Below are positions 6,999-17,004 of a stretch of 32,000 bases of DNA, one piece after another. The translations under genes were made by a program, and so were the position numbers. The notes under the pieces are model-generated. The model ran no database searches and was not told the origin of the DNA. It saw only the letters and a list, made by a program, of their open reading frames with translations. The DNA is from Candidatus Heimdallarchaeota archaeon B3_Heim (GTDB lineage: Archaea; Asgardarchaeota; Heimdallarchaeia; Hodarchaeales; Hodarchaeaceae): assembly GCA_003144275.1 (NCBI GenBank), contig NJBF01000029.1, forward strand, positions 1 through 32,000. The letters are read 5' to 3'. Position 1 is the first letter of the stretch; every line of letters starts with the position of its first letter.

Positions 6999-9608
6999 TC
7001 AATCTCCATCATTTATCTTTTCATCTAATTGAGAATCTATTTCCTGCTCTTTTTCTTTATCAGAGTCTTTCTTAGAATAAAGGTTTTTAAATATGACATA
7101 CCTAGCTATTACCAGCGGTACAATTGCAAAATGGAGAAAAAGACAACCAACCCAGAGAATATTAATGTATGATATTAGCTTGATTTGAAGAGTAGAAGCT
7201 GCGAATATACCTGATACATTGTCTTCATACACGGCAATTGTAACGATATAGATATCGAGAAGAATATCACTGATAAGAGTGACCGATTGATCTGGTCTAT
7301 TAGCTCGATCAAACGCTAGACGGCTTAATCCATAACCAACGATTCGATTACCAGATTTAATCAAAAATACGGTATCGTATCTGACAGCATCGTGTCCAGA
7401 TTCAGGATAGGTTCGATCTATATCTGTTATTTCAATTTTTAAGGAACTACCTGGAATTGGATATTCTCCACCCTGTCTAACCTCTTGAATTTCAGTTGTA
7501 ATTGTCATATTTGCACTGGTTATTGCTCCGAGGAGAATAAGTAATATTGATAGATGTAACATAGTTTGAGATGTTTTACGAAGTAAATGCTTCTCCTCGG
7601 TCATAGTGACATTGACGAATTCATATATTAGTCCGAATACTCCAAGAAGTAATAACGGTAACACTAAATTTGCTTTGTCACTCGAAGTCCAGAAATTAGT
7701 AAGGAAGGAGATTATTGGATTTCCACTGCCAAGAAAAGAAGGAAGGGACTCATTTCGATAAAAAATACCCCCTATCATAAATACAATTCCAACAATTCCT
7801 CCTCCAATGAGTAATTGGGTCTTACGTCGAACTGTAAATCGGGGGAAGAATGTACAGAAAAATTGAGCCAATAGCATTATGCCTCCAAATAATGTTAGTA
7901 TCGTGTTGTAAAAATATATATCTATTGTAATGTCATGTACAAATCCGTCTGGTCGGTATACTTCAATGCTATAGAGCATTCGCGAGATTGCATTTTCGAA
8001 ATACACTACGATTGGGTCTGTGAGAAGATGCCCAAAAATGTCATATATAACTGGAAAAAGCACGCTGAGAATTACTATATACATTCCAATTAATAATGCA
8101 ACGTTACGTCTATATTTTGTAACAGTAGGCTCAGAACTACTCAGAAAATTATTTATTCGTTTAATCTGATCCTTCTCAAAACCGATGTAATAGAGGAGAT
8201 ATAAGAAAAATCCCAGATAAATGATTAGAGAAAAGGTCGTTGGATAAAGTATTGTTTTACTAAACGCGATACCAAACAAAAGCAGAAGATCGTACAAAAA
8301 CGAGTACACTTCAAATAGTATTGGAGCTGTAAGAAGCAAACCAATGGCGTCATAAATGACTGGAAAAAGTAACCCCAGGATCATTGTATAGGTTCCAAGA
8401 AACAATGCTATGTATGATAATTTGAGAGCAGTACTTCGAATTTTTGAGGTTGTGAAGTCAGATCTTGTTAGAAAGTATGAAATTCTCCTGAATTGACCTT
8501 TTTTAAACCCAAGGTAATGTAGGAGGAACAAGAAAATCATCATACAAATGAAGAGAAATAGCATTCTTTCATCTGGTATTACTCTTAGAATCAATTTCAT
8601 GAGAAAGCTATCTGCTGGTATGAATGTCGATAATACTTGATCTAAGGAACCTCCGGGAGAAAATGTGTGGACACTTGAAATTATTGCGCTCCGTGTTAAG
8701 TAAGTGGCAGCTAAGGCACTTAAATAAGACATACTTATAATATAATTTCCAAGGTATTCGTTTTTCCTATGATAATTTGATTTTCCATGATAGAATATAG
8801 TAAGAAATAGCCAAGGCATTAAGGAAGCTGTTTCAACAGGATCCCAAGCCCAGAAACCACCCCAACCAAGTGTGATATAGGCCCAATACGCACCGATAAT
8901 GATTCCTGAACTCATGAATAGCCAAGCAAGCGAAACCAAGAATTCAAAGAATGAGTCCAGTTTTTCTTTACCTTCAAAGTCGGGTACTTTACCATCTTCT
9001 AGAATTGATATCCGAATGAACCCAATAACCATAGGTATCAGACATAAGATATATCCGAGTAGAATCATTGGTGGATGAATGATGTTCCATATGTTCATCA
9101 AGGTAGGATTTAATCCTGTTCCATCAGCTATTGTAAACGTGTTAATTTTGAATGGATCACTCATAATTGTTAGGGTGATGAAGATAGCTATTTGAGCAGC
9201 CAAGAGGACAAATGAGCGCCAAAAAAAAGTCTCATGGGCATATTCTCGAAACATTGTTCTGAATATGAGATAGAGAACTACGCCAAAGAAAGTCCAGAAG
9301 AAATATGAGCCAGCCTGGCCTGACCAAATAGCAGATAGCCTTAGGAAGAAGTCCATACTATTGCTAACATGCGCACTCACATATACAAAACTGTAGTCTG
9401 CTGTTATTACTGAGTAACCGAAATAGAAAAATGAGACAAGTACTGCTGAGCAACCAATAATTAAACCTAATTCAGAATAAGTTTCCCAATCTTCATATTT
9501 CTCTCCGAAAATCACGAATATCGCGTCAATGATAAAGGCAATCAAGCTTACTAGAAGCAAGAGTAAACCTAAATCGATTCCAAGTGTTCCTATACCGATG
9601 AAAATCAT
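6999..9608 (-). CDS. ccmF: Cytochrome c heme lyase CcmF/NrfE family, unusually long (869 aa)
   Basis: WSGQAGS, GLNPTL...IHPP, WGGFWAWDPVETASLMPW (WWD domain), SVHTF, HLSILL. Confidence 0.93.
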   Translation of the reverse strand: MIFIGIGTLGIDLGLLLLLVSLIAFIIDAIFVIFGEKYEDWETYSELGLIIGCSAVLVSFFYFGYSVITADYSFVYVSAHVSNSMDFFLRLSAIWSGQAGSYFFWTFFGVVLYLIFRTMFREYAHETFFWRSFVLLAAQIAIFITLTIMSDPFKINTFTIADGTGLNPTLMNIWNIIHPPMILLGYILCLIPMVIGFIRISILEDGKVPDFEGKEKLDSFFEFLVSLAWLFMSSGIIIGAYWAYITLGWGGFWAWDPVETASLMPWLFLTIFYHGKSNYHRKNEYLGNYIISMSYLSALAATYLTRSAIISSVHTFSPGGSLDQVLSTFIPADSFLMKLILRVIPDERMLFLFICMMIFLFLLHYLGFKKGQFRRISYFLTRSDFTTSKIRSTALKLSYIALFLGTYTMILGLLFPVIYDAIGLLLTAPILFEVYSFLYDLLLLFGIAFSKTILYPTTFSLIIYLGFFLYLLYYIGFEKDQIKRINNFLSSSEPTVTKYRRNVALLIGMYIVILSVLFPVIYDIFGHLLTDPIVVYFENAISRMLYSIEVYRPDGFVHDITIDIYFYNTILTLFGGIMLLAQFFCTFFPRFTVRRKTQLLIGGGIVGIVFMIGGIFYRNESLPSFLGSGNPIISFLTNFWTSSDKANLVLPLLLLGVFGLIYEFVNVTMTEEKHLLRKTSQTMLHLSILLILLGAITSANMTITTEIQEVRQGGEYPIPGSSLKIEITDIDRTYPESGHDAVRYDTVFLIKSGNRIVGYGLSRLAFDRANRPDQSVTLISDILLDIYIVTIAVYEDNVSGIFAASTLQIKLISYINILWVGCLFLHFAIVPLVIARYVIFKNLYSKKDSDKEKEQEIDSQLDEKINDGD
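8010..8528 (-). repeat. Internal tandem duplication within CcmF (aa ~362-430 and ~471-533)
   Basis: LLHYLGFKKGQFRRISYFL...ALFLGTYTMILGLLFPVIYDAIGLLLTAPI versus LLYYIGFEKDQIKRINNFL...ALLIGMYIVILSVLFPVIYDIFGHLLTDPI. Confidence 0.8.
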
Positions 9609-9610
9609 CC

Positions 9611-11857
9611 TTATGTCTCCATTGTGTTCTTAGTTCGTTGTTTTCCCTGTGTTCTCCTTTTTCTCCTTTTTCCTCCTCTCTGTTTAAAGCTAGCTCTTCT
9701 CATTCCCTTTAACGTTCGACGAGCACTCTTTTTCTTATATTCAACGTAAGTATAAAGTCCTGCAGGCACAAAAATCCCAAAAATTGCGAATAATCCAATG
9801 ATTATTGAAAATGGCAAAGGTGGTTTCTCGTGACCTAAAATGTAGAAATAGGAAGCTCCATCAAAATCAAAGTTCAATTCAAAATCAATCACTTCATAAT
9901 AGTAGGCATATGTACCAGGCACACCTAGGCCTTCAGGGAAAGTAGCTGTCCATAAGTGTTCAGCTATATGAACAAATTTTACTGATTTCTCATCCTGACC
10001 AGGGAGGTGATAATAGATACGTAAATATTTGACTTCTCCTTGGATTGGTACATCTTGAGCACTGACTGTTATAGAAAATTGTGTATTAATTGGTATTTCA
10101 TATCCAGGCTCAAACCCCAACTCTGTAACAATAGGAGCCCATTCGTCAAATTGCCACAGGAAATAATATGTTGCCCGAATAACATAATTACCTAAAGTGT
10201 CATTTACAATGATATTGAAAAAGATATCTGCCCCGTCATATTGATTGGGTATTGTTGTATTATACATATTTCCAATTCGAGAATCAGGAACCATCTCTAC
10301 AAGTTCATAAGGGTTATCGTCTATTGAATAATTAAGAAATACGTTTGAGATCCCGTCTGCATCAAATGCAGCTATCATAATCGTAACAGGATCCTGAGGC
10401 CGTGGTGTAGATGGTGACCAAATTGCATTCAAAACACCTGGTTTGCTATACAGCCAAAGATTGGAGAGAGCGAAAATTGCTAGCGTTTGTGTGACGGTTA
10501 ATTTATCTTCCCAGGCTGGATCACCGAATAAGCCATCCCTGTTTGTTAATAAATTGTACCCTGAGTGTTCTGCGTCATAAAGTTTGTTTGTTAAAATTTC
10601 GACAACGTCTAAAATAATATTATAATAAACGCTCATCCCTGATATTTCGTATGCCTTATCAAGGGCCCGTATAGCATAAAATTGACGTTCAGTATACTTT
10701 TTGTCATCTCTTTCTTCATTATTATAAGAGTACGTAGCATAAAAAGCACCGAATTCGTTATCCCAGAAATTTGTCATTACTGAATTTAGAAGCAGGAAAA
10801 AGTCATCGTAATATTTTGTTTCTTCTGTAACATTATAGAGGTCTGCCAGAAATTCGAGAACAAGTGAGTTAATAAAACTATCAGATACATATGGTTCAAT
10901 AAACCAATTATCTTTATCAACACCTGTGTAGAAAAGATGAGTTGTACTATTTCGACAAGTACCATTAATGGTGTCAAAAATTCTTAGTGCAGTTGTTAAA
11001 TATTTTTCATCTGATTCTATTTGATAAAGGTCTAACAATGCATTCCCCATTAAAACATTGTGGTCAACACGGTTTGATGTAGGGGTGTAAGGATCGGCTG
11101 TATTTGGATTAATTAACGAAATTTTTCCAGTATCAGACAATAGATAAGCATAGTATCCTTTAGTCTCATTCCATGCTTCACTATGTTGATAATCGTAGGT
11201 ATCTATTGCAGTTTGTCTGTAGGTTTCATTACCAGTAATCTCGTACAAAGCTAAAAATGCTTGAATGGCTTTTGCTTGATTCCCAGGTTTTCTATACTGG
11301 TTAGTATCACTTATAAAAAATCCATTGTTAGTATCATCATATAAACTAGTGAGAAGGTAATTTGCTGTCTTTACGGCTATTTCGATGGCAAAGTCTCTCT
11401 CCGTTTGATTAATCACTGCATCTGCAAGTTTTAAAAATGCTAAAATTGCCTGAGCATTATCATATGATCGTTTAATTGTATTAATGGATGATGCTTGCCA
11501 GTGAGCATCCGCAGAACCGTAAAACCCCCCCGAAGAATTATCGAATAAGTGATCTACTAATGCGTTGGCTATTTCAACCGAATAATATAGAAAATTAGGG
11601 AAATATGCCTCAGGGTCACTTTGTGTATGTGATTCTACACCATAATGAATCGAAGATCGATTAAGTGGTTCAGAGTCAAGGTCTCCAACTAATTCTAAAC
11701 TCTGGGGACTTGTACTACTCTGGTTGAGGTTCAGTGTTGAATTGGAGTCAAAGCTGGGAAAAAGAATTCCAAGCATCAGCAATGATAGGAAAGAAATGGT
11801 GGACCATTTCTTCTTTCTAAGGCCTAGATATGTCATTTTGTGCATAAATAATTCCAT
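9611..11857 (-). CDS. Membrane-anchored surface protein: (alpha/alpha)6 six-hairpin glycosidase-like barrel (AGE/GH76/YyaL-like), Ig-like domains, C-terminal TM and basic tail
   Basis: Repeats of the form D...GGFY...K..YDNAQAILAFL.L (three or more copies); N-terminal hydrophobic segment; C-terminal TM followed by a KR-rich tail. Start is uncertain (11857/11845; the track start is 11995). Confidence 0.65.
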   Translation of the reverse strand: MELFMHKMTYLGLRKKKWSTISFLSLLMLGILFPSFDSNSTLNLNQSSTSPQSLELVGDLDSEPLNRSSIHYGVESHTQSDPEAYFPNFLYYSVEIANALVDHLFDNSSGGFYGSADAHWQASSINTIKRSYDNAQAILAFLKLADAVINQTERDFAIEIAVKTANYLLTSLYDDTNNGFFISDTNQYRKPGNQAKAIQAFLALYEITGNETYRQTAIDTYDYQHSEAWNETKGYYAYLLSDTGKISLINPNTADPYTPTSNRVDHNVLMGNALLDLYQIESDEKYLTTALRIFDTINGTCRNSTTHLFYTGVDKDNWFIEPYVSDSFINSLVLEFLADLYNVTEETKYYDDFFLLLNSVMTNFWDNEFGAFYATYSYNNEERDDKKYTERQFYAIRALDKAYEISGMSVYYNIILDVVEILTNKLYDAEHSGYNLLTNRDGLFGDPAWEDKLTVTQTLAIFALSNLWLYSKPGVLNAIWSPSTPRPQDPVTIMIAAFDADGISNVFLNYSIDDNPYELVEMVPDSRIGNMYNTTIPNQYDGADIFFNIIVNDTLGNYVIRATYYFLWQFDEWAPIVTELGFEPGYEIPINTQFSITVSAQDVPIQGEVKYLRIYYHLPGQDEKSVKFVHIAEHLWTATFPEGLGVPGTYAYYYEVIDFELNFDFDGASYFYILGHEKPPLPFSIIIGLFAIFGIFVPAGLYTYVEYKKKSARRTLKGMRRASFKQRGGKRRKRRTQGKQRTKNTMET

Positions 11858-12000
11858 CTTTCTAATTTCAGGATTAGTTCCAGTTTGTTTCGTGATTTGA
11901 TAGTGAATTTCTGATTGGGCGGGGGGATTAATGAACGAAATCGAACAACATTCAAAGCTTATACAACGAGCGAATAACGCTAACTCAACTCCCAACCAAC

Positions 12001-12020
12001 TGAAGAAAAAAAAAGAAGAA
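12001..12020 (-). terminator. T-run terminator after the multiheme cytochrome gene
   Basis: Minus strand reads ttcttctttttttttcttca, ~60 nt past the stop. Confidence 0.45.
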
Positions 12021-12076
12021 TCAGCAAATAAATGCTGATCTTATTTGAATTTATTTTAGATATTAGCTTGTCTAAC

Positions 12077-13501
12077 CTATCGTCTCTTTCTTGTGAAAAG
12101 GACGGCTAAGCTAAGGATGCCAATAAGACCTAAAACACCTATTGCAGGAGCAGATGAAGTAGTTTCTTCTTCAGTAGTTGTTTCTTCAGTGGTTGTGGTA
12201 GTTGTAGTCGTCGTTTCAGGTTCAGGGATAAGGGCATCGACAATACCGTAGGCTTCATCTAATTTAGCCAAAGCTAACTTTAGCTTGTCCTCGGCAAGAT
12301 CTCCATTATGGAATCCTGTGCTCGGTTCACCCGTGACATCGTGAGCGAGATCGGCAGCTTCATCCAGTAGATCTTCGGCGTCGCCAATTAAGGTCATGTT
12401 GACACCTTCAACTGCTTTAGCTTCGGCAATTCTACCAGAGACATTCTCTAGTTGTGTTCCATAGCTAGCAATTAAGGCTTCAGTATCACCTTGAATAGCT
12501 TCCATCCATGCAATACGGGCTGCTTCTTCACCTTCGTGACAACCAGTTTGGTTACCACAGGCATCTTCAAGAACAAGAGTCCAATTGTGCAGGATTGAGG
12601 CTTCACCAACAGTGTCGTTACCATCCCAGTAATACCCATGACAGGTAGTACAATCATCAATGATTGCGTGGGGAGTAGCAAAGGTTGTATCAGTAAGGAA
12701 TTCTACAACATCACCGTGACAGGTTCCACAAAGCTCAACAGTACCATTCTTGCGAAGTTCATGTTCATATCTAACCCCATCTTCGTTGTGGGGGTCGTGA
12801 CATGTTACACAGTCAATGTTTCCAAAGGAAAGATCTTCATAGGTACTTTCACCAGCCATACAATGCATACAATAATCAAAGTCGCCTGTAGCGGCAAGGA
12901 GATCATCGAATGATTCAGAGTGACCAGTTTGTACCCAAGTTTTTCCTCGGGATCCAGGAATGTGACATCGTCCTGAACACGTCTTCTCAAACGGAAATCC
13001 TGTACCAGGATCGGTAAAGTATGTTGCTTCTGCACCTGGTTCTTCGTGACATGCTCCACAGGATACACCTATATCCCAAACGTTCCATTCACCTGATGCA
13101 TTAACAGATGTATCATTGTAACGTTGTGTAACGTGACAACATCCACCATCGTTAATAAATTCAGTTACGTTATAGTCGTCACCACTCGTAGTGTGCCTGA
13201 TATATGTACCAGTAGCGTTCGTATAATATTGGAGAATATACGAGTGTTTCGTGAGATTCCATCCGTCTACTTCAGCCTGATGACAAGGGACACAATCGTC
13301 TGGGTGATATTCCCCAGTAACGGGATCAGCGATAGCACTATGGTCATAGCCTTCAACACTATATTTAGGATTCAGTAGTGTTGAGCTTATACCAACCGCA
13401 GCACTTGACCCAAGGAAAACGATTGCGAACCAGTAGAATAGTATTATTCTTCTACCGTTCCACTTGCTTTGGCGAACTAGAACTTCTTTTTCTTCGTTCA
13501 T
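12077..13501 (-). CDS. Cell-surface multiheme cytochrome c with NrfA/c552-like helical C-terminal domain, Thr-rich linker and C-terminal membrane anchor
   Basis: Five canonical CxxCH (C70, C148, C231, C258, C284) plus CX3CH, CX5CH, CCH and CxxCM; STGFHN; N-terminal TM/signal; ends APAIGVLGLIGILSLAVLFTRKRR. Confidence 0.88.
   Translation of the reverse strand: MNEEKEVLVRQSKWNGRRIILFYWFAIVFLGSSAAVGISSTLLNPKYSVEGYDHSAIADPVTGEYHPDDCVPCHQAEVDGWNLTKHSYILQYYTNATGTYIRHTTSGDDYNVTEFINDGGCCHVTQRYNDTSVNASGEWNVWDIGVSCGACHEEPGAEATYFTDPGTGFPFEKTCSGRCHIPGSRGKTWVQTGHSESFDDLLAATGDFDYCMHCMAGESTYEDLSFGNIDCVTCHDPHNEDGVRYEHELRKNGTVELCGTCHGDVVEFLTDTTFATPHAIIDDCTTCHGYYWDGNDTVGEASILHNWTLVLEDACGNQTGCHEGEEAARIAWMEAIQGDTEALIASYGTQLENVSGRIAEAKAVEGVNMTLIGDAEDLLDEAADLAHDVTGEPSTGFHNGDLAEDKLKLALAKLDEAYGIVDALIPEPETTTTTTTTTEETTTEEETTSSAPAIGVLGLIGILSLAVLFTRKRR
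12153..12220 (-). repeat. Low-complexity Thr/Glu linker (PETTTTTTTTTEETTTEEETTSS)
   Basis: Directly visible codon repeats preceding the anchor; typical of O-glycosylated archaeal surface linkers. Confidence 0.8.
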
Positions 13502-14012
13502 TAATAAACCGCCGTAATTTAAATTATATATTGTACCTTTACAGTAAGGTAACTAACTTAATTCCCACAAGTCTCTCTAATAAAAGAATTGTCTAACACT
13601 AACGGAATCAAGTATTCCTGAAGTAACCTACTAATAAACATCAGAATTTTTTAATTAAAGGTGTAAAGGGCTATAATATAGCGTTAATAGAGTTTTAGTA
13701 TCACTTTGAAATATCTTAGCAAAGTCTGTGGAATTAACTATAGAAAACCATCAAAATCGCATTCATTTGTTTGGATGAGGTAGTTTAATTCGAATCACCT
13801 CTTTTCTAGTTCCGTAGAATTTGTTTCGAAAATTAATTTGTTCAGTAAAATAACTTTACACTTTGTAAAATTGTTTTTTAATGAATCAGACAAAATTCGA
13901 CTATAATCCTTTTTATCCTTCTATGAACATCTTAACAATAAATAAGAGTACCATGCGAAATTTAAGTTAAAAATATGTTTAATTTTTGAAGGATATTTCT
14001 GTCTTTAACAAA

Positions 14013-14636
14013 CTATCGTTTTTTTGTCCAATTAATAATGGTGACAGTACTAATGATAGCTATGATACTAGGTAATACAAGAAAGCTTGAAGAAGATTGA
14101 TTAGCATTTAGTTCGTCATTGGATGTACTAGTAGGTTGCTCACTTTCAGAGCTAATGGGAACAGTAAATGTAAAAACAGCTAATGCCCAATTGGCGACAC
14201 TATCTTCGGCATATACATACAGATTATGTGTCCCTTCGTCGTCAGGCACGGTGACATCATAAGGTGCATCAAGTGTGCTATTGGAGGGGGCATCATCCCA
14301 ATGGTAAAGAACAGTAATCAATTCAGTATCGACTTCAAATACATTTAAATTTATCAAGGCTCCACTACTAGTTATAGAATTATTTGTAGGTGAGATGAGC
14401 TGAATAACTGGGGGATTTATATCAACATGTCCACAACACTCATCTTGTGCAATTTGAAACTCTTTTTGAATGAGATTATCTGGAATCTCGACAGGAAGGG
14501 ATTCTATATCAGAACTCCCCACATAATCCAAGTGATAGGAGGGCGAAATTACGTTTTTTATTATTATTCCACCAATAAGCGAACTAATGGAAATTATTAA
14601 CGTCATTAGAATGATTCGGGTATATTTGCGTGACAT
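14013..14636 (-). CDS. Surface protein with a CCGHVD motif and one Ig-like domain
   Basis: N-terminal TM, QDECCGHVD, PPVIQLISPTNNS...YHWD...APYDV...GTHNLYVYAEDSVANW, Ser/Thr linker, TM plus KKR. Confidence 0.75.
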   Translation of the reverse strand: MSRKYTRIILMTLIISISSLIGGIIIKNVISPSYHLDYVGSSDIESLPVEIPDNLIQKEFQIAQDECCGHVDINPPVIQLISPTNNSITSSGALINLNVFEVDTELITVLYHWDDAPSNSTLDAPYDVTVPDDEGTHNLYVYAEDSVANWALAVFTFTVPISSESEQPTSTSNDELNANQSSSSFLVLPSIIAIISTVTIINWTKKR

Positions 14637-14719
14637 TGAACTACTTCCTACTCTGATTCTTTGTGAAGATTTTCAAGAAAGAAGAACTTACGAAGGACAG
14701 TTCTTCAAATCTTGATGAT

Positions 14720-15634
14720 TTATCTTCTTTTTTTCCATTTTATGAACAGGATAGAACCTAAGAAAACAAAGACCATCGGAATGAACAAGAAGCCTGATGT
14801 CCGCCTGCCCAACGTAGTAGAAGTAGGTTCTGTTGTCGTGGTGGCAATTACTACACTACTTGCGTCATCTGTTGCTCCGAAAACAAACATTGATTTGGAC
14901 CAATTCCCATCACCATTTTGAGCATATACGTACAAACGATAAGTTCCTATTTCATTGGGTAAAAATATGTCATAAGGAGCAGTAAAAGTTACATTTGTGG
15001 CATCATTCCAATGGAATAGACTTTGATTTACACCACTATAAATGTCTGCAATTTCCAGATCGATGGTTGTATTTAAAAGAATAACAGAAGTATTTGTCGG
15101 TGAAATGAGTTTTATGAATGGAGGGGGGAATCCAACGGTGAAATAGCATACAACTGATCCCCAATTACCCGCTGCATCTAAGGTATATACATATAGAACA
15201 TGAGATCCTTTATCTGTAGGTGAAAGTACATCATAAGGGGCACTAAGCGTTTTATTACTCTGCTCACCACTCCAATGAAAAAGTACTTGCTCTGCTAAGA
15301 AGTCTTCCATTGGATTATCGTCGGTAATTGTTAGATTTATATTTACCCCTCCAGGAGGAATTATATAAGAGTTATTAGCTGGTGATACCAATGTTACAAC
15401 AGGTGGAGTCTTATCTACATGTCCACAGCATGCATCTTGATTTGGGACGATCCCTTTTAGGATATAATTTTCTGGTTCATTAGAATTGCTTTCTAGGTCA
15501 GACCTTGATATGTCTCTAACATCCATATCAAAATTTGAGTAGCTTAGTTTAATCGCAAAAGCTCCAACAATGAAGATTGAAGCTGTAATCACTGGAAATA
15601 AAATTACCATTCGACTTATCATTCGGTTCAACAT
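14720..15634 (-). CDS. Surface protein with a CCGHVD motif and two Ig-like domains (paralogue of 14013-14636)
   Basis: AAGGAG RBS, QDACCGHVD, two copies of the ISP.N...FHW...APYD...LYVY...GNW module, TSGF-TM-KKRR end. Confidence 0.78.
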   Translation of the reverse strand: MLNRMISRMVILFPVITASIFIVGAFAIKLSYSNFDMDVRDISRSDLESNSNEPENYILKGIVPNQDACCGHVDKTPPVVTLVSPANNSYIIPPGGVNINLTITDDNPMEDFLAEQVLFHWSGEQSNKTLSAPYDVLSPTDKGSHVLYVYTLDAAGNWGSVVCYFTVGFPPPFIKLISPTNTSVILLNTTIDLEIADIYSGVNQSLFHWNDATNVTFTAPYDIFLPNEIGTYRLYVYAQNGDGNWSKSMFVFGATDDASSVVIATTTTEPTSTTLGRRTSGFLFIPMVFVFLGSILFIKWKKRR

Positions 15635-15852
15635 ATTTTCTCCTTATCAATTGCTATGAGAATGAGAATCTTTGATTGGATTCTAGAGTCATTTAAGATT
15701 CTATCAATTCGATCTGTTTGATTCAATATATCAAGCTTATTGAAAGCTATCTGATCAAATTGAATTTATCTGATGATTAATCCAACGAAAAATCCATTAT
15801 TTAGATTTTCTAAGATTTCAGTCAGCCAGTTACTTTGCAGTAACTACACTTC

Positions 15853-17004
15853 CTAGAGATTCATTTTGTGGGGCTTTTCTTTAAATACCAAGGACATTAG
15901 AATTAGGATAGCTAGGAGGGAGAAAAGTTCAATCAACCCTGCTACAAAGAATGTGCCAATAATATCTGTATATGTAACTAGTATCCCTCCAATCAGTGGC
16001 CCAGTTATTATACCAAAATTCCCCAAGAGATTAAAGAACCCCATCCCAACGGCATTTTCATCCTTACTAATTATGTCGCCTACTAATGCCATTGCAGGTG
16101 GTCCAGTTAGCCCATTTCCAATACCAAGGAAAATAAATGCGGCAATGATAATGCCTTATCCAAAAGGCGTAACAAATCCAATGGTTGCAGGAACTATCGA
16201 ATTTAATAAACTTCCAACAATGAGAAGTCTGAATCTACCCAATTTATCAGACCACTTACCGACAGGATATTGTAATAGAATGAAAGGGAGTGCAAATAAA
16301 CCTAATACCATTCCCCGTAGTTCAGGTCGAACTCCTAATTCTGTTTGTAGAAGTAGAGGCAAAACGAACAAAATAAAACCAATATGCAAACGATCTACGA
16401 AATTAAAAATACCAGGAATTAATAATCTAGGTTTTCTCACAACAACACTCAAATTATCTTTTAATAAGGGTTTAGAGGATAGACTTTGGGGTTCATTTAA
16501 TAAAATTATTGCGCTAATAAAGACAATCATACTCAAAATTGAAGCCGAGTAGTACGGAATGAGCACTCCGAATCCAGCGAGTACCCCTCCAAGTATGGGA
16601 CCTAATTCCATCGCTGAAGCTAGAAATACGCCAAAAATCCCCATATTTTTCCCGCGATTTAGTTCGGTGGATTGATCTAAAACCAAGGTCATAAGAGTTT
16701 GCCAACAGAGAACAGTGAAACAACCTTGTAAGAATCTGAACAGTAACAGTAATGGGAAGTTAAGTGTCATCGTCATTAAAACATAAAAAGTTGATGCGCC
16801 TGCACTTCCTATGAGAATGAAGATTTTTCGTCTACCTATCTTATTAGAAAAGAGCGCTAGGATGATCCCTGCAAAAAGATATGCTGAATATAAAACAGTA
16901 TCAAAAAATGATGCATCTGCAAATCCCAGTGTAAAACGTTCAACAATGAATTCATATTGGTTTGTATGCAAAAGAGCAGGGGCTAAAATGCTTAATAATG
17001 TCAA
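15853..17004 (-). pseudogene. MFS transporter interrupted by an in-frame TAA at 16156-16158 (pseudogene or base error)
   Basis: Reading through gives ...TPFG*GIIIAAFIFLGIGNGLTGPPAMALVGD, in the same frame as the 15853-16092 ORF. MFS motifs SNKIGRRK, RGKNMG and GKWSDKLGR are present. Confidence 0.75.

Noticed and set aside
11858-11995. N-terminal 46-aa extension of the surface-protein ORF (MGVELALF...)
   Set aside because: Runs through probable promoter sequence; a signal-like segment begins only after the downstream ATGs.
15718-15734. TTGAT-N7-ATCAA as an FNR/Crp-like site
   Set aside because: FNR spacing is N4, and such words are frequent in AT-rich DNA.
16156-16158. Selenocysteine/pyrrolysine or alternative genetic code readthrough in the MFS gene
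   Set aside because: The codon is TAA, not TGA or TAG, and TAA ends normal genes here (for example 18280-18282 and 23299-23301).
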